Positions 39,219-50,351 are shown, numbered from the stretch's first letter. The stretch: 64,000 bases of DNA from an uncultured Bacteroidota bacterium (GCA_902622595.1 CACNQM010000006.1:22399-86398), one strand, 5' to 3'. Numbers and translations are program-made. The notes: generated by a model not told the origin, from the letters alone.

Positions 39219-40364
39219 ATGGAAATCATTAGTAATCCAATTTATGTATTATCCATATTATGCTTTATGGTTATTCTATCAGTCTATGCTGGAAAGACTA
39301 AAATTGGAAAGCAGCTTGGAGGAGCTGCTCTTTTAGTAATATTATTTACTGCCGTTATCTCTAATTTTAAGTTTATTCCTTCAGCATCAAACAGTATTGA
39401 GCTTTACGATATCATTTTTAAATATATAGCCCCTATCTCTATTTTTTATTTATTATTAAATGTAAATATTACATCGATAAAGAAAGCAGGACTTCCTATG
39501 GTTGGGTTGTTTGTTCTTGGATCAATTGCGACAACAATCGGTATTCTTATTTCATGGTTTTTGTTATCCCCTCAGGAGATTCTTGGAGATGACGGTAAAA
39601 TAATTGCTGGAATGTTAACTGGTACATATACTGGTGGAAGTGTAAATTTTAATGCAATTGCCATTGAATATGGTTTTCAAAAGAAAGGTTTTCTTTATGC
39701 TGGAACAATTGCAGTTGATAATATTGTTACAGCAATTTGGATTATGGTTACACTTGCTATTCCAATGTTTTTAAATAAAATATGGAATTCAAATGTAAAG
39801 CTGAACACGAAAATAGACTTAAATACTGAGGAGGCTAATAATAGTGATAAAATAGATTCTAAATCCCTAGCATGGTTAATCTTTTTGGGAATAGGGGCAT
39901 ACTATATATCCGATATAATTTCAGAGAATTTTATTAAGATACCTTCAATACTTATACTAACAACTATTGGTATTCTAATAGCACAAACAAAGTTTATCTC
40001 TAAAATTAAAGGGAGTCAAACTCTAGGTTTATATCTAGTTTACCTTTTCCTTGCTGTTATTGGTGCATATTGTGAATTAAGCGCAGTTAGTCAACTTCAA
40101 GAAGTAGGAGCCACACTACTTATTTTTACATCTTTTGCTGTATTGATTCATGGGCTAGTTTTCATTTTTATTGGAGGTCTATTTTATCGTGACTGGGAAA
40201 TGATTTCCATTGCAAGCCAGGCAAATATTGGTGGAGGTACCTCAGCAATTGCACTTGCAGAATCATTTAATAGAAATGAACTAATACTTCCAGCTATTTT
40301 AGTTGGAAGTCTTGGAAATGCTTTGGGAACTTATCTAGGATTTTTAGTAGTTTATATTCTTTAG
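39219..40364 (+). CDS. DUF819-like polytopic membrane protein
   Basis: 381 aa with about 10-11 TM helices. The family assignment is from memory of DUF819 architecture. Confidence 0.6.
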   Translation: MEIISNPIYVLSILCFMVILSVYAGKTKIGKQLGGAALLVILFTAVISNFKFIPSASNSIELYDIIFKYIAPISIFYLLLNVNITSIKKAGLPMVGLFVLGSIATTIGILISWFLLSPQEILGDDGKIIAGMLTGTYTGGSVNFNAIAIEYGFQKKGFLYAGTIAVDNIVTAIWIMVTLAIPMFLNKIWNSNVKLNTKIDLNTEEANNSDKIDSKSLAWLIFLGIGAYYISDIISENFIKIPSILILTTIGILIAQTKFISKIKGSQTLGLYLVYLFLAVIGAYCELSAVSQLQEVGATLLIFTSFAVLIHGLVFIFIGGLFYRDWEMISIASQANIGGGTSAIALAESFNRNELILPAILVGSLGNALGTYLGFLVVYIL

Positions 40365-41143
40365 AAAATTACTTCATCTGAAATTTGCTGAAGAAAGGGT
40401 AAAACCTCATCTTCTACGATACTGTAATATATGTCTACTCCTCTATTATCAACTCCTTTATATCTCTTGGATAGATTTAAGGAAGATTCTGCGCTTAAGT
40501 GAGAAAAGATTACACAACTTGCAAGGTATGAACCATTTGGATTTGGATGTTTATCATCCTCCATAAGTAAATTAAACTGAGGATATTTACTTTGAAATAA
40601 TTTAAATGCCCTGCCAACAGGGATAATTTTGGCAGTTGTATCTTCTATTATTTGTTTAATGCTTCTCTCTATTGGATATTCTTCATTACTAATATTAAAC
40701 TGCTCCATTGAAGGATACATCCATGTTGAGAAGAAATGAATTTGCGTAGAATCAGGTATCAAGGAGGTAATTTGACCAAAGTAAAATCCGGAATTTCCAT
40801 TAGCATTAGTTAGAATATTAGTACTGTGCTCTTGAATGATTACATGATCAAATGTCTCACTCTCTAAAATAGATTTTAGATTGGGATCATTCCAAAGGGT
40901 TTTTAATGTTGCTGATGGTAAAGTAAAATGCTTTACATCCCAGTTTAAACCTCTTTCAATAGACATTCTCTCAACTTGGGAAGGAAGATTCCAATAAAAT
41001 GTAAAGCTATTTCCAATGAATAATATTTTTTCATTTATTATTGTGAATGGAAAAGCTTCAGACTCTGATGGTAAATTCTCAGAAGCATTAGAATTACATG
41101 AAATAAAAAATAATAATACTAAATACCTGAATAATCTAAACAT
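40361..41143 (-). CDS. SGNH-like hydrolase lipoprotein
   Basis: 260 aa. Lipobox FFISC. Block I FIGNSFT and block V DDKHPNPNG (D-x-x-H). Confidence 0.65.
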   Translation of the reverse strand: MFRLFRYLVLLFFISCNSNASENLPSESEAFPFTIINEKILFIGNSFTFYWNLPSQVERMSIERGLNWDVKHFTLPSATLKTLWNDPNLKSILESETFDHVIIQEHSTNILTNANGNSGFYFGQITSLIPDSTQIHFFSTWMYPSMEQFNISNEEYPIERSIKQIIEDTTAKIIPVGRAFKLFQSKYPQFNLLMEDDKHPNPNGSYLASCVIFSHLSAESSLNLSKRYKGVDNRGVDIYYSIVEDEVLPFLQQISDEVIF

Positions 41144-41172
41144 AATTAAAGATAGTAAACTTTAGGTAGCAA

Positions 41173-42285
41173 TTAATCATTTAACAAATCATACTCTTTG
41201 AATTTTTGAATTAAAAAGTTTGAATATCTAGTGAAACCTAAATCTGTAAAATGAATCGCATCGACAGTTCCTTCGAAATCAGAACCCAAAGCATCTCTGC
41301 TTTCCAGATATATAATATTATCATATCCATTATCAATCATTTTTTCATATTCAGTTCTTAATGAGTTATTCATTTCTTTTGATAATTTATTCATATTATC
41401 ATCTAAAACGGTAATAGGCGATGTAAATAGATCTACTAAAATTATTGTAGTATCAGGGTTTTTATTCCTAATTGAATCAACTAATGGAATTGTATTACTT
41501 GTAACCAAATTAGGTGGATACATATTTGGCATACATTCAATAACATAGAAAGCAGGATTTGATTCCGACATTAATTCAGATATAGACTGCTCCATTCTGC
41601 CATTACCATCAAATCCAAAGTTAACAACATTACGATCAAGCTTTCTAGATATTATATTAGTGTGAGCCATTCCAGGTCTTGATGCACATGCGCCTTGTGT
41701 TATACTAGTTCCATAAAAAATTATAGGTTTTTTTTCATTTATTTCAGGCTTCCTGATGAAACTAGAATTATCAATTCCAATTTCAATTTTTTTAAGCCCG
41801 TCGTACAATGGAAGGAATATTTTATACTCTCTTACTTCATTACTCATATTATCAACAAGTTTATATTCATTTTTAAATCCTGCTGGACGACCAGTATTAA
41901 TATATTGCCATTTGTCATTATTTTTAAAATATAAATCAATTCCCTTTATACCTGTATCAGGCATATGGTCCATGCTAAGGTTATTTAGGAGTTCCCATTT
42001 AGCAGTTATTACAGATGAATTGGATAGAAACCTTATAGATAGTCCAGCTGAATTTTTTGATAGATTCCAAACAGGCTCTCGAACAAATTCTTTATAAGAA
42101 GCTGGTAATCTGTCATATTTATTTTCTTTTAATGAATCTGCAATATCAGTTCCCTCCAATAAGAATGAATCCTCTCCAAAATACTTTATATCATCAAATT
42201 TAGATGAGTACAAAATATTATTAGAAGTATTTTGCTGACATGCAATTAGAAAAACAAATAATAAACAAAAAAATATCCTTTTCAC
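41173..42285 (-). CDS. SGNH/GDSL esterase lipoprotein with N-terminal beta-sandwich domain (CE2-like layout)
   Basis: 370 aa. Lipobox LIAC. FYGTSITQG (Ser block I) and DAIHFTDLG (D-x-x-H block V). Confidence 0.75.
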   Translation of the reverse strand: MKRIFFCLLFVFLIACQQNTSNNILYSSKFDDIKYFGEDSFLLEGTDIADSLKENKYDRLPASYKEFVREPVWNLSKNSAGLSIRFLSNSSVITAKWELLNNLSMDHMPDTGIKGIDLYFKNNDKWQYINTGRPAGFKNEYKLVDNMSNEVREYKIFLPLYDGLKKIEIGIDNSSFIRKPEINEKKPIIFYGTSITQGACASRPGMAHTNIISRKLDRNVVNFGFDGNGRMEQSISELMSESNPAFYVIECMPNMYPPNLVTSNTIPLVDSIRNKNPDTTIILVDLFTSPITVLDDNMNKLSKEMNNSLRTEYEKMIDNGYDNIIYLESRDALGSDFEGTVDAIHFTDLGFTRYSNFLIQKFKEYDLLND

Positions 42286-42292
42286 TTAATTT

Positions 42293-43900
42293 TTATTTAA
42301 AATCACTAACACTTCCCTCCCAATCTGGATCTGCGGAACCTTTCCATTTTTTGTTGATTGTATCAAGAGCAATTGCATGAACTCTTCCAAAATATGCTTC
42401 AGCTCTAATTCTTTCAACATTTTGGGACTCAGAATATATTTCATAGTCATTAAACCTATTGACTCCAAGATGACTTTCAATGTAGATTGGACTTTCATAT
42501 TTGTAAACTCTCGGCATAATTAAAGCATCACTTAATGGAAATTTTTGTTTTAAGTATCTATAAGCCACTTGATTAATTGCAATTGGTATCATTCTCCCAC
42601 CAGCTGCACCAAGTGCTAGAACAACTTCATTGTTTTTTGTAAAAATAGTTGGAGAGATATGGGAGGATGCTCTATCTCCGGGTTTCTCTTCACCAAGATA
42701 TCCACCAAGGTATGGCCCCATAGTAACATTATATAAAAATCCAAGTCCCTTAGTTGCAACTCTAGAGCCCATGTTTGGCCCTAGAGTTTGTGTAAGAGAT
42801 ACTACATTCCCATATTTGTCTGAGGTTGTTAAATGTGCAGTATGACCTTGTGCAATATCTGCGACATCCATTTCATATAAATTAGAATTAAATGCAACTT
42901 CAGTTTGATTATTTTCTATATTGTTTGCAATTTGCTTGGCTCGAGTAAGTGATAGTATACTATTAACTGAGTCTATATTATTTTGAAAAAATCTATATTT
43001 ATATGATTCTTCAACAGCACTGGAAATTTTTAATGTCCAATCTCTCTCATTATTAATTTTTAATTGATCAAATATTTGAATCATCTGAATTGTTATAGAT
43101 CCATATGAGGGTAAATTAAGTGTATGGATATCATAACCGTTAAATTTACCTGTTAAAACTTCTGATTTTCTTACAGTATAGTTTTTAAGATCCTCTTTTG
43201 TTATATACCCACCATTTTCTTGTATATCATTTACCATTTTTTCTGCAATTTCTCCCTCATAGAACCCTTTTTTACCATTTTTAGCAATTATTTTTAAAGT
43301 ATTTGCTAGATCTTTTTGAACTAATTTATCTCCTGGAATAAATGACTTCCCTTCAGAATTAAGAAAGTATAATTTAGTTCCTTCAAAAGATTTGATTTTT
43401 TCTATTTCACTTTGAAGTCTCTTTATTTCTCCTGGATATAGATAAAAACCATCCTCAGCTAAAGCAATGGAGGGTTCCATTACAGTTTTTAAATCAAGCA
43501 CTCCGTTATCCTCATGAAGTTTAATCAATCCAGCAACAACTCCAGGAATTCCAATTGTGCTATATCCATAGCTTGGTAATTCTTTATCTTCAGTTTTAAA
43601 ACCCTCTGGTATTTGAGTAGTTGCATCTATTCCAAGTATATCCCCATCTGCTTGTTTATATATTACTTGAAGTCTTCCTCCAATTCCACTCGTACTTGGT
43701 TCCACAACTGATAATACAAAAGCTGATGCAACAGCTGCATCAAATGCATTTCCACCCTTTGAGTAAATAATATTTCCAGCTTGAGAAGCTAATGGATGAG
43801 GTGATGAAATAACACTATTGAAATAAGGTGTTTCCTCAGTATAACAACTAACTAGCAATATTGAAAATATTACAATAAATGACTTATTTACATTAACCAT
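42293..43900 (-). CDS. ggt: gamma-glutamyltransferase family protein (lipoprotein)
   Basis: 535 aa. Lipobox LLVSC. Ntn-type processing context AQGHTAHLTTSD and GAAGG near the C-terminus. Confidence 0.85.
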   Translation of the reverse strand: MVNVNKSFIVIFSILLVSCYTEETPYFNSVISSPHPLASQAGNIIYSKGGNAFDAAVASAFVLSVVEPSTSGIGGRLQVIYKQADGDILGIDATTQIPEGFKTEDKELPSYGYSTIGIPGVVAGLIKLHEDNGVLDLKTVMEPSIALAEDGFYLYPGEIKRLQSEIEKIKSFEGTKLYFLNSEGKSFIPGDKLVQKDLANTLKIIAKNGKKGFYEGEIAEKMVNDIQENGGYITKEDLKNYTVRKSEVLTGKFNGYDIHTLNLPSYGSITIQMIQIFDQLKINNERDWTLKISSAVEESYKYRFFQNNIDSVNSILSLTRAKQIANNIENNQTEVAFNSNLYEMDVADIAQGHTAHLTTSDKYGNVVSLTQTLGPNMGSRVATKGLGFLYNVTMGPYLGGYLGEEKPGDRASSHISPTIFTKNNEVVLALGAAGGRMIPIAINQVAYRYLKQKFPLSDALIMPRVYKYESPIYIESHLGVNRFNDYEIYSESQNVERIRAEAYFGRVHAIALDTINKKWKGSADPDWEGSVSDFK

Positions 43901-43904
43901 AATT

Positions 43905-43941
43905 AAAAAAAAAGGTTTGTAAAATTTACAAACCTTTTTTT
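43905..43941. terminator. strong symmetric hairpin between susD-like and ggt (bidirectional terminator form)
   Basis: An A-run, then the 9-bp stem GGTTTGTAA / TTACAAACC with a 3-nt loop, then a T-run. On the minus strand the U-run ends 4 nt before the ggt ATG. Confidence 0.7.
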
Positions 43942-43965
43942 AAAAGTCTTACTTTTTTTTAAGTA

Positions 43966-45387
43966 TTATTGATTTACTTCTGTTTTACTGAATATACCTG
44001 GATCTTCTGCAGGTGCATTAGAATTGGAATTTAATTCTGTAGCAGCATAAGGCATTCTTTCAGGAAACTGACCAGCTGGTCCATCAACAAGAACAAAAGG
44101 CACAGAAAATGCACTGTCAGTTTTTCTTAATCTTCTTGCATCGTTAAACGGCATATGCATTCCGAAACCCGAAACATACCTTTCCTCAATTACTTCTCTA
44201 AGAAATGCAGTTTTTGCATCTATTCCATCTGCGTTTTCAATTCCACCTGAACTGAAGTCAGACGATACAAATGCCTCATAATTAAATGAGTCTCCATTAT
44301 GATTATCATTTAATTGACCTCCAGAGTTTAACCACGACCTTACATTGTTTAAATGTGGAAGACCATCGGCAATTCCTCCCTGTCTTGCTTTTGCCTCAGC
44401 CAGAATCAATTCATTCTCAAAATAAGTAACCATATTCTGAGGTTCAGATGGAGCAATTATACCAGTATTTGCAGAACCACTAGAAGAATTAATTTTATAG
44501 TATCCATATCTAGCTGTCTCATCTGTTTTTGAGTGATTTCTATTTGATGCATAAGAATTACTCAATAACTGTAAGAGGTAACTTTCAGATCCCCCTGACG
44601 AATTTCCTAGATCACCTGCTCTGGATCCATTTAAAATAGTTGCAAATAAGTTAACATCTCCAGTATTTTGAGTAGCACGTGGTTTATATTGCATATCACC
44701 CGATGCAGAACTAATTCCGTTATTTGCAGCAGAAATTGCAGCGGCATAATCTTTTTTGTGGAGGTTAAAACGAGCAATTAATGTATAAGCAGCTTCAATC
44801 CATTTATCCTTATTTCCACCAAATATGATGTCTTGAGATAAACTAGTTGATGATGCAGACTGAAGAGTAGATATTCCAGAATTTAACTTCTGTATTGCAG
44901 CATTATAAACAGATACTTGAGAATCAAAAACTGGGTCAGAAATCTCAGGGTTACCAGCTTCGCTATATGGGATTGCACCCCACAGAGAAGCAGCAGTTCC
45001 AAAAGCATGACCTTCCATAACTTCTGCAATTCCAACTAATAGTGTATTGTTAGAATTATTCTGCAATTGTCTCATGTTAGTTAAAACTCCAACATAAAGA
45101 GCATTCCACGAGCCATTTGACTCTACTGTTGATAAAGCCATTCCATAAATATTTGCATACAGTGAGGTAAATCCAATTAATTGTCCAGAGTACATTCCAC
45201 TAATTCTATTTAAGTGTCCTAATTGTAACTGTATGTTTGCTAATTGGGCACCGGTTAAAAATAGTTTATCCTCAACATCCGTAATTAAAATATCATTTGG
45301 ATTTGAATTTATATCCTCACTTATCTCACAAGAAAATGAGAAAATAATTAAAAGTGCTAATAATGATTTTGTATATAATTTTTTCAT
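43966..45387 (-). CDS. SusD/RagB family nutrient-binding outer-membrane lipoprotein
   Basis: 473 aa with lipobox FSFSC, immediately downstream (4 nt) of the SusC-like gene. Helical, TPR-like composition. Confidence 0.85.
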   Translation of the reverse strand: MKKLYTKSLLALLIIFSFSCEISEDINSNPNDILITDVEDKLFLTGAQLANIQLQLGHLNRISGMYSGQLIGFTSLYANIYGMALSTVESNGSWNALYVGVLTNMRQLQNNSNNTLLVGIAEVMEGHAFGTAASLWGAIPYSEAGNPEISDPVFDSQVSVYNAAIQKLNSGISTLQSASSTSLSQDIIFGGNKDKWIEAAYTLIARFNLHKKDYAAAISAANNGISSASGDMQYKPRATQNTGDVNLFATILNGSRAGDLGNSSGGSESYLLQLLSNSYASNRNHSKTDETARYGYYKINSSSGSANTGIIAPSEPQNMVTYFENELILAEAKARQGGIADGLPHLNNVRSWLNSGGQLNDNHNGDSFNYEAFVSSDFSSGGIENADGIDAKTAFLREVIEERYVSGFGMHMPFNDARRLRKTDSAFSVPFVLVDGPAGQFPERMPYAATELNSNSNAPAEDPGIFSKTEVNQ

Positions 45388-45391
45388 CTTA

Positions 45392-48300
45392 TTAATAATT
45401 TATAGTTAAACTAACAAGGAAACCTTTTGTCTGAGGATTTGTAAAATACTCAACACCTTGAGCATTACTTACACCTTTTGTGTTTATCTCAGGATCAATT
45501 CCTTCAACTTTATTGATATTAATTAAATCTCTACCAGTTAAAGAAACTATTACATCGCTTAGTCCGATATTCGTTACTAAAGGTGTATCAATTATATAAC
45601 TTAATGATAGATCTCTTAATTTTGTGAAAGTAGCATCAGCTATTGAGAAGTTGTATGCTTGGTTATCACCAAAACCTCCTCCAATACCTGTTCTATACCA
45701 GTTTTCGTCTAGAAGAACTGGACCACCACCGAAGTCTTTAATATTACCTCTAACAGTTGTTCCAGCAGGAATTGTATTTCCTCTGTAGTTTACCAACGGC
45801 TGGTCTAAAGTGATCCTATTTGCAGTTTCTTGAGTTGTTCCGAATCTTCTAAGAACCCATAGAGTTCTTGGCGAGAAGTCTCCTCCTTCAGAGTGCTCAA
45901 GCACAGCGTTTAGCCTGAACTTTTTATATCTCATACTTAGAGAAATACCACCTCTCCAATCTGGGTTTGGATCTCCAAGAACGATTGGACTAGATGTAAT
46001 TTGAGGGAACCCATTTGAGTTTAAAATAAAACTTCCGTCAGGATTAGTTTGAGAACCAGTACCATATAGTGAACCTAATGGATAACCAACAACTGCTCTA
46101 GAGCTTACAGAAGCACCAGGAGATAAGTTTATTGATTCTGTTCCAAATAGATCAGTAACCTCATTTTCATTTGTAGACCAATTGATTGCAGTTGACAGAC
46201 CAAATTCAGAAGTGTCAATTAGATCAAGACCTAGATCAATCTCCATACCATTATTAGTCATTTCACCATAATTACCATATTGAGTTGAATATCCTGAAGA
46301 TGGTGACAACGCAACATTTAGTAGAATTCCTTCAATAATGTTATCATAATATGTTAAGGAAAGAGATACCTTATCGTCAAAAAATCTAAAGTCACCTCCA
46401 ATTTCCCACTCAGTTTTAATTTCAGGCTCTAAATTTGGATTACCTAAGTTGTTATCTAGCCTGAATCCTCCACCAAATAAACTACTGTCTAGTGGATCAC
46501 TATATGTAGAATATCCGAATCCTCCTTCAGCAAGAGTCTCAAACTGGTGAGCAGATGGTTGAACACCAACCTGACCCCAGGAAGCCCTTAGTTTTGCAAA
46601 TGACATTAAATCTGAATCCACAACGTTTTCAGTTAAAACCCAAGCTGCATCCGCTGCAGGGTAGAAAAATGTACCATTAATAGTTGATGATGCTTCTAAA
46701 GCACCTGAAGCAGTAATGAATAATTCATCGTTAATATCAAAGTTTAAAATACCATAACCTCTGTTAGATCTTCTATAAGTCTTGAAACCATCAAAAGTAG
46801 ATGCTTCTGCAGAAGTATTAAGCGCAGTAGTTCTCTTCGAAGAATTTACAAGGAATCCAGTAATATTTCCAGAAAGTCTAGAGTATTTTCTATCATTATA
46901 GCTCCAACCTGCAGTAGCAGTCAAGTTTACCATGTCTGATAATTGGAAATTTGCTTTACCGATTATATCAAATGCAGTATTTCTTATGTCTAGAGCATCC
47001 TCTTGATACTGACCGTTAGCTCTTGAGCTTGCATCACCCAATGGGAAAAAGTATGTTCTTTTATCATCGGCTACATCTAAGTTTCCTCTTGTAATTATTG
47101 ACAACCAATTTGTTGGCTTAATAGTTAATTGAGGAGTAACTGTTACTCTGTTAACCTTAGTACTTGACTCTTGTTCATTTACTGTCCACAACGGGTTGGT
47201 ATATGATTGGTTAACACTCTGTCCAAGAGGTTTTCTATATGATCTTCCACGATTAATATACTCAACACCACTTGAACTGTAATATGTTCCTTTATAATCT
47301 CTTCCATCAAAGTCTGGCGGAGTTCTTGTTAATCCTAACATCAAACCTGAAACATTTGAACTTTGCTGAATTCTGTTAGAATCAGTATACGTATACGCCA
47401 TTTTAGTACTGAGAGTAATTTTTTCATTAATCTTAGCTTCATAGTTTAATCTTGCATTAGTCCTCTCATAAGTAGCGTTTCTGATAACACCATCCTGTTC
47501 AAGATGACCTAAACTAAAGAAGTAGTTACTATTTTCGTTTCCACCACTAACAGTTAAATCATTTTGTAGAGCATTACCTGTTCCAAAAACAGAATTAAAG
47601 TTTTCCTCAACAAATGTTTGTGTTGAATTTTTACTGTCAATGGCCTCGTATCTTCTACCACTATCAGAGACAAAATATGCTCCACTCTTATAAGTATCTT
47701 GACCACCTGATCTACCTGGGATATAGTCACCCCAAGATTCGATTCTGTTAGTTCCAAATACTCCACTTCTACCTTGACCCCAAGTATCTTGCATTGGAAT
47801 CCTCTCAGAGATTTCGTCAAATGAGTATGAGGACTTAAATGAAACCTTTGCAGCTCCTCTTTGTCCTTTTTTAGTTGTAATTACCACAACACCATTTGCA
47901 GCTCTACTACCATAAAGAGATGCAGCTGAAGCACCTTTTAAAACGTTAACAGACTCAATATCTGCTGGATTAATATCATTTAAACGTGATCCTTGAGTAA
48001 CACCACCATTTCCTCCAGTTATAGTGTTACCACCACCATAATTTGTAGTATTGTCAAGAGGGACACCATCAACAATAATTAACGGTTGTATTGATCCTCC
48101 AATCGAGTTAGCACCACGAATCCTAATGGTACTACCAGCACCTGGATCACCATTTGATTTTGTTATTCTAACTCCTGATGCTTTACCACTTAATGCATTT
48201 ACAACAGTTGGTTCAGCAGACCTAATTACATCATCTGCATTTATTACAGAGGAAGTTGATCCTTGTTGATCCCGAACAGCAGCAAATCCAAGGGCTGTAA

Positions 48301-48601
48301 CAACTACTTCTTCTAACTCATTATCAAGCTGTAAAGAAATATTTATTGTAGATTGACCAGCAACAGTAACATATTGGGTTGTATACCCAATGTAGCTTAT
48401 AGCAAGAACTTGTCCTTGACTAGCAGTAATTTCAAAATTCCCATCGAAATCAGTGGAAACACCTGTATTGGTGTTCTCAATAATAACATTTGCTCCTGGT
48501 AGGGGCACTCCGTTTTCATCTGAGACAACACCATTTATAGGGCTTTGACCATAAGATAACAACACAAATAATAAAAATACTGTGCTTAGTATTCTTTTCA
48601 T
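45392..48601 (-). CDS. SusC/RagA family TonB-linked outer-membrane transporter
   Basis: 1069 aa. N-terminal carboxypeptidase-regulatory-like domain (INGVVSDENGVPLPGANV), plug motif NVLKGASAASLYGSRAANGVVVITTKKG, and C-terminal barrel ending LTINY. Confidence 0.93.
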   Translation of the reverse strand: MKRILSTVFLLFVLLSYGQSPINGVVSDENGVPLPGANVIIENTNTGVSTDFDGNFEITASQGQVLAISYIGYTTQYVTVAGQSTINISLQLDNELEEVVVTALGFAAVRDQQGSTSSVINADDVIRSAEPTVVNALSGKASGVRITKSNGDPGAGSTIRIRGANSIGGSIQPLIIVDGVPLDNTTNYGGGNTITGGNGGVTQGSRLNDINPADIESVNVLKGASAASLYGSRAANGVVVITTKKGQRGAAKVSFKSSYSFDEISERIPMQDTWGQGRSGVFGTNRIESWGDYIPGRSGGQDTYKSGAYFVSDSGRRYEAIDSKNSTQTFVEENFNSVFGTGNALQNDLTVSGGNENSNYFFSLGHLEQDGVIRNATYERTNARLNYEAKINEKITLSTKMAYTYTDSNRIQQSSNVSGLMLGLTRTPPDFDGRDYKGTYYSSSGVEYINRGRSYRKPLGQSVNQSYTNPLWTVNEQESSTKVNRVTVTPQLTIKPTNWLSIITRGNLDVADDKRTYFFPLGDASSRANGQYQEDALDIRNTAFDIIGKANFQLSDMVNLTATAGWSYNDRKYSRLSGNITGFLVNSSKRTTALNTSAEASTFDGFKTYRRSNRGYGILNFDINDELFITASGALEASSTINGTFFYPAADAAWVLTENVVDSDLMSFAKLRASWGQVGVQPSAHQFETLAEGGFGYSTYSDPLDSSLFGGGFRLDNNLGNPNLEPEIKTEWEIGGDFRFFDDKVSLSLTYYDNIIEGILLNVALSPSSGYSTQYGNYGEMTNNGMEIDLGLDLIDTSEFGLSTAINWSTNENEVTDLFGTESINLSPGASVSSRAVVGYPLGSLYGTGSQTNPDGSFILNSNGFPQITSSPIVLGDPNPDWRGGISLSMRYKKFRLNAVLEHSEGGDFSPRTLWVLRRFGTTQETANRITLDQPLVNYRGNTIPAGTTVRGNIKDFGGGPVLLDENWYRTGIGGGFGDNQAYNFSIADATFTKLRDLSLSYIIDTPLVTNIGLSDVIVSLTGRDLININKVEGIDPEINTKGVSNAQGVEYFTNPQTKGFLVSLTINY

Positions 48602-48739
48602 AAAATTTGATTTTGTTTTGTTTACGGGCTCAATTTATTAATTAAATAATAAAAACCGAAATAATGCTGTGTTTTTTTAAAATTATAAAATCAAAAAACA
48701 ATAATTTATCAATAAATATTTTAGAAAATTAAATAGCGT

Positions 48740-50341
48740 TTAATCCTCTTTTTTAATTTCAGGATAATCAACCCCTAACTGCTCAAGATAAGTGTCATAC
48801 TTGGTTTCATCAAAATAAAATTTTTCCATTTGATCTCTGTATTTTTCCATCTTTTCAGTATTTAAATAAGAAGGCGGTGGATCTGTCTCGGATATCATAG
48901 GCCTATATATGTCTTCCTTACTTTGGACATTATTAAAGTAACTCTTAGCTTCAGCTAATTTTTCTGGTTTTGTTAAAAAATCTATCACTGTCATAGCAAC
49001 TACTTTAGATCCAGCGTTAGCTCCCTTGTGAGCAATTGGAGTTGCAGCTGCAATACTAGCTGACCAGTGATGAAATGTAACATCTGGAATATTAGAAGGA
49101 AACCTCAGGACTACTGTTGGAACCTTCCATGACACGTCACCAATATCGTCTGATCCACCACTTACATTGTAAGGAAGCGGTTCACGAAGAGGAGGCAATT
49201 CTGTAGGAAGACCATTAATAGACTCAATTCCTATTTCCTTTTGAACAGCTCTTGCTAATCTTTGATCATCCTCAGACCATTTTGGTAATCCTACTTTTTT
49301 AATATTCTCATACATTTCTTCAGCAATGATTTTATTAAAATGTCTTGGCCAGGCAGCTCCAAGAACTTCTGATTCATATGTTGTATTGGTCATAAGTGCT
49401 GCTCCCTGTGCCATTTTATTAGCAGCATCGTACATTTCCATTATGCCTTTATATGTAATTTCTCTAAGAAAGTACCATATAGAAGCTTTAGAAGGGACTA
49501 CATTTGGTTGATCTCCTGAATCAAGAAAAATTGAGTGGGACCGTTGATCTGGATGTAGATGTTCTCTTCGATAATTCCATCCAACATTCATTAGTTCTGC
49601 AGCATCAAGAGCACTTCTTGCTCTCCATGGAGAACCAGCAGAATGAGCAGTTTCTCCACTAAAGGTATATTTTACGGAAATTAATCCAGTACCAGATGGT
49701 CTTCCCCATGATGTTGACATGTTTGTACTTACATGTGTAAAAATACACATGTCAACATTGTCAAAATAGCCATCTCTAACATACCAAGCTTTCGCACCTA
49801 GTATTTCCTCAGCAACACCTGGCCACAAGACAAGCTTTCCATTAATATTATTTTCAATCATTATTTTTTTGATTGCAATGGCAGATGTAATTACTATTGG
49901 AAGGCCAATATTGTGTCCCTCACCATGACCTGGTGCACCCTCAACCACAGGTTTCTCATATGCAACACCTGGATATTGAGAAGTTGATGGAACCCCATCA
50001 AAATCGCTCCCCAAAGCGATTGTTGGTCCTCCTTCCCCATTTGACCATGTAGCAAGCCATGAAGTAGGAATATCTGAAATTTGATACTCAACATCAAATC
50101 CATTTTCTTCAAGAATTTTACCTAGATACTTTGATGTTTCAAATTCTTGGAATCCAAGTTCTCCAAAACTAAAGACCTTATCAATCATTACTTGTGTCAT
50201 TTTTTTATCGTCTTCGACTAATTTTGACACTTCTTCTTTGAGATTTTCAATTTTCCTTTTTGAAAATTTATTCTGTGATTGAAGAGAAAATAATGAGCTA
50301 AATATTATAACTAAGGTTAGTAGTTTGTTAGTTGTTTTCAT
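48740..50341 (-). CDS. secreted M20 family peptidase / amidohydrolase (AbgB-like)
   Basis: 533 aa with a signal peptide and GHGEGHN, GVAEE and GETAHSAG motifs. Confidence 0.8.
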   Translation of the reverse strand: MKTTNKLLTLVIIFSSLFSLQSQNKFSKRKIENLKEEVSKLVEDDKKMTQVMIDKVFSFGELGFQEFETSKYLGKILEENGFDVEYQISDIPTSWLATWSNGEGGPTIALGSDFDGVPSTSQYPGVAYEKPVVEGAPGHGEGHNIGLPIVITSAIAIKKIMIENNINGKLVLWPGVAEEILGAKAWYVRDGYFDNVDMCIFTHVSTNMSTSWGRPSGTGLISVKYTFSGETAHSAGSPWRARSALDAAELMNVGWNYRREHLHPDQRSHSIFLDSGDQPNVVPSKASIWYFLREITYKGIMEMYDAANKMAQGAALMTNTTYESEVLGAAWPRHFNKIIAEEMYENIKKVGLPKWSEDDQRLARAVQKEIGIESINGLPTELPPLREPLPYNVSGGSDDIGDVSWKVPTVVLRFPSNIPDVTFHHWSASIAAATPIAHKGANAGSKVVAMTVIDFLTKPEKLAEAKSYFNNVQSKEDIYRPMISETDPPPSYLNTEKMEKYRDQMEKFYFDETKYDTYLEQLGVDYPEIKKED

Positions 50342-50351
50342 AATAATTTAA

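Noticed and set aside
43966-48601. The SusC/SusD genes (and the secreted paralogs at 13378..14843) look GC-richer and less Lys/Ile-rich than their surroundings, which could suggest horizontal acquisition.
   Set aside because: The shift tracks protein class: exported beta-barrel or acidic secreted proteins that are likely highly expressed. There are no mobility genes, tRNA junctions or repeats at the boundaries. I could not compute GC or codon statistics here.
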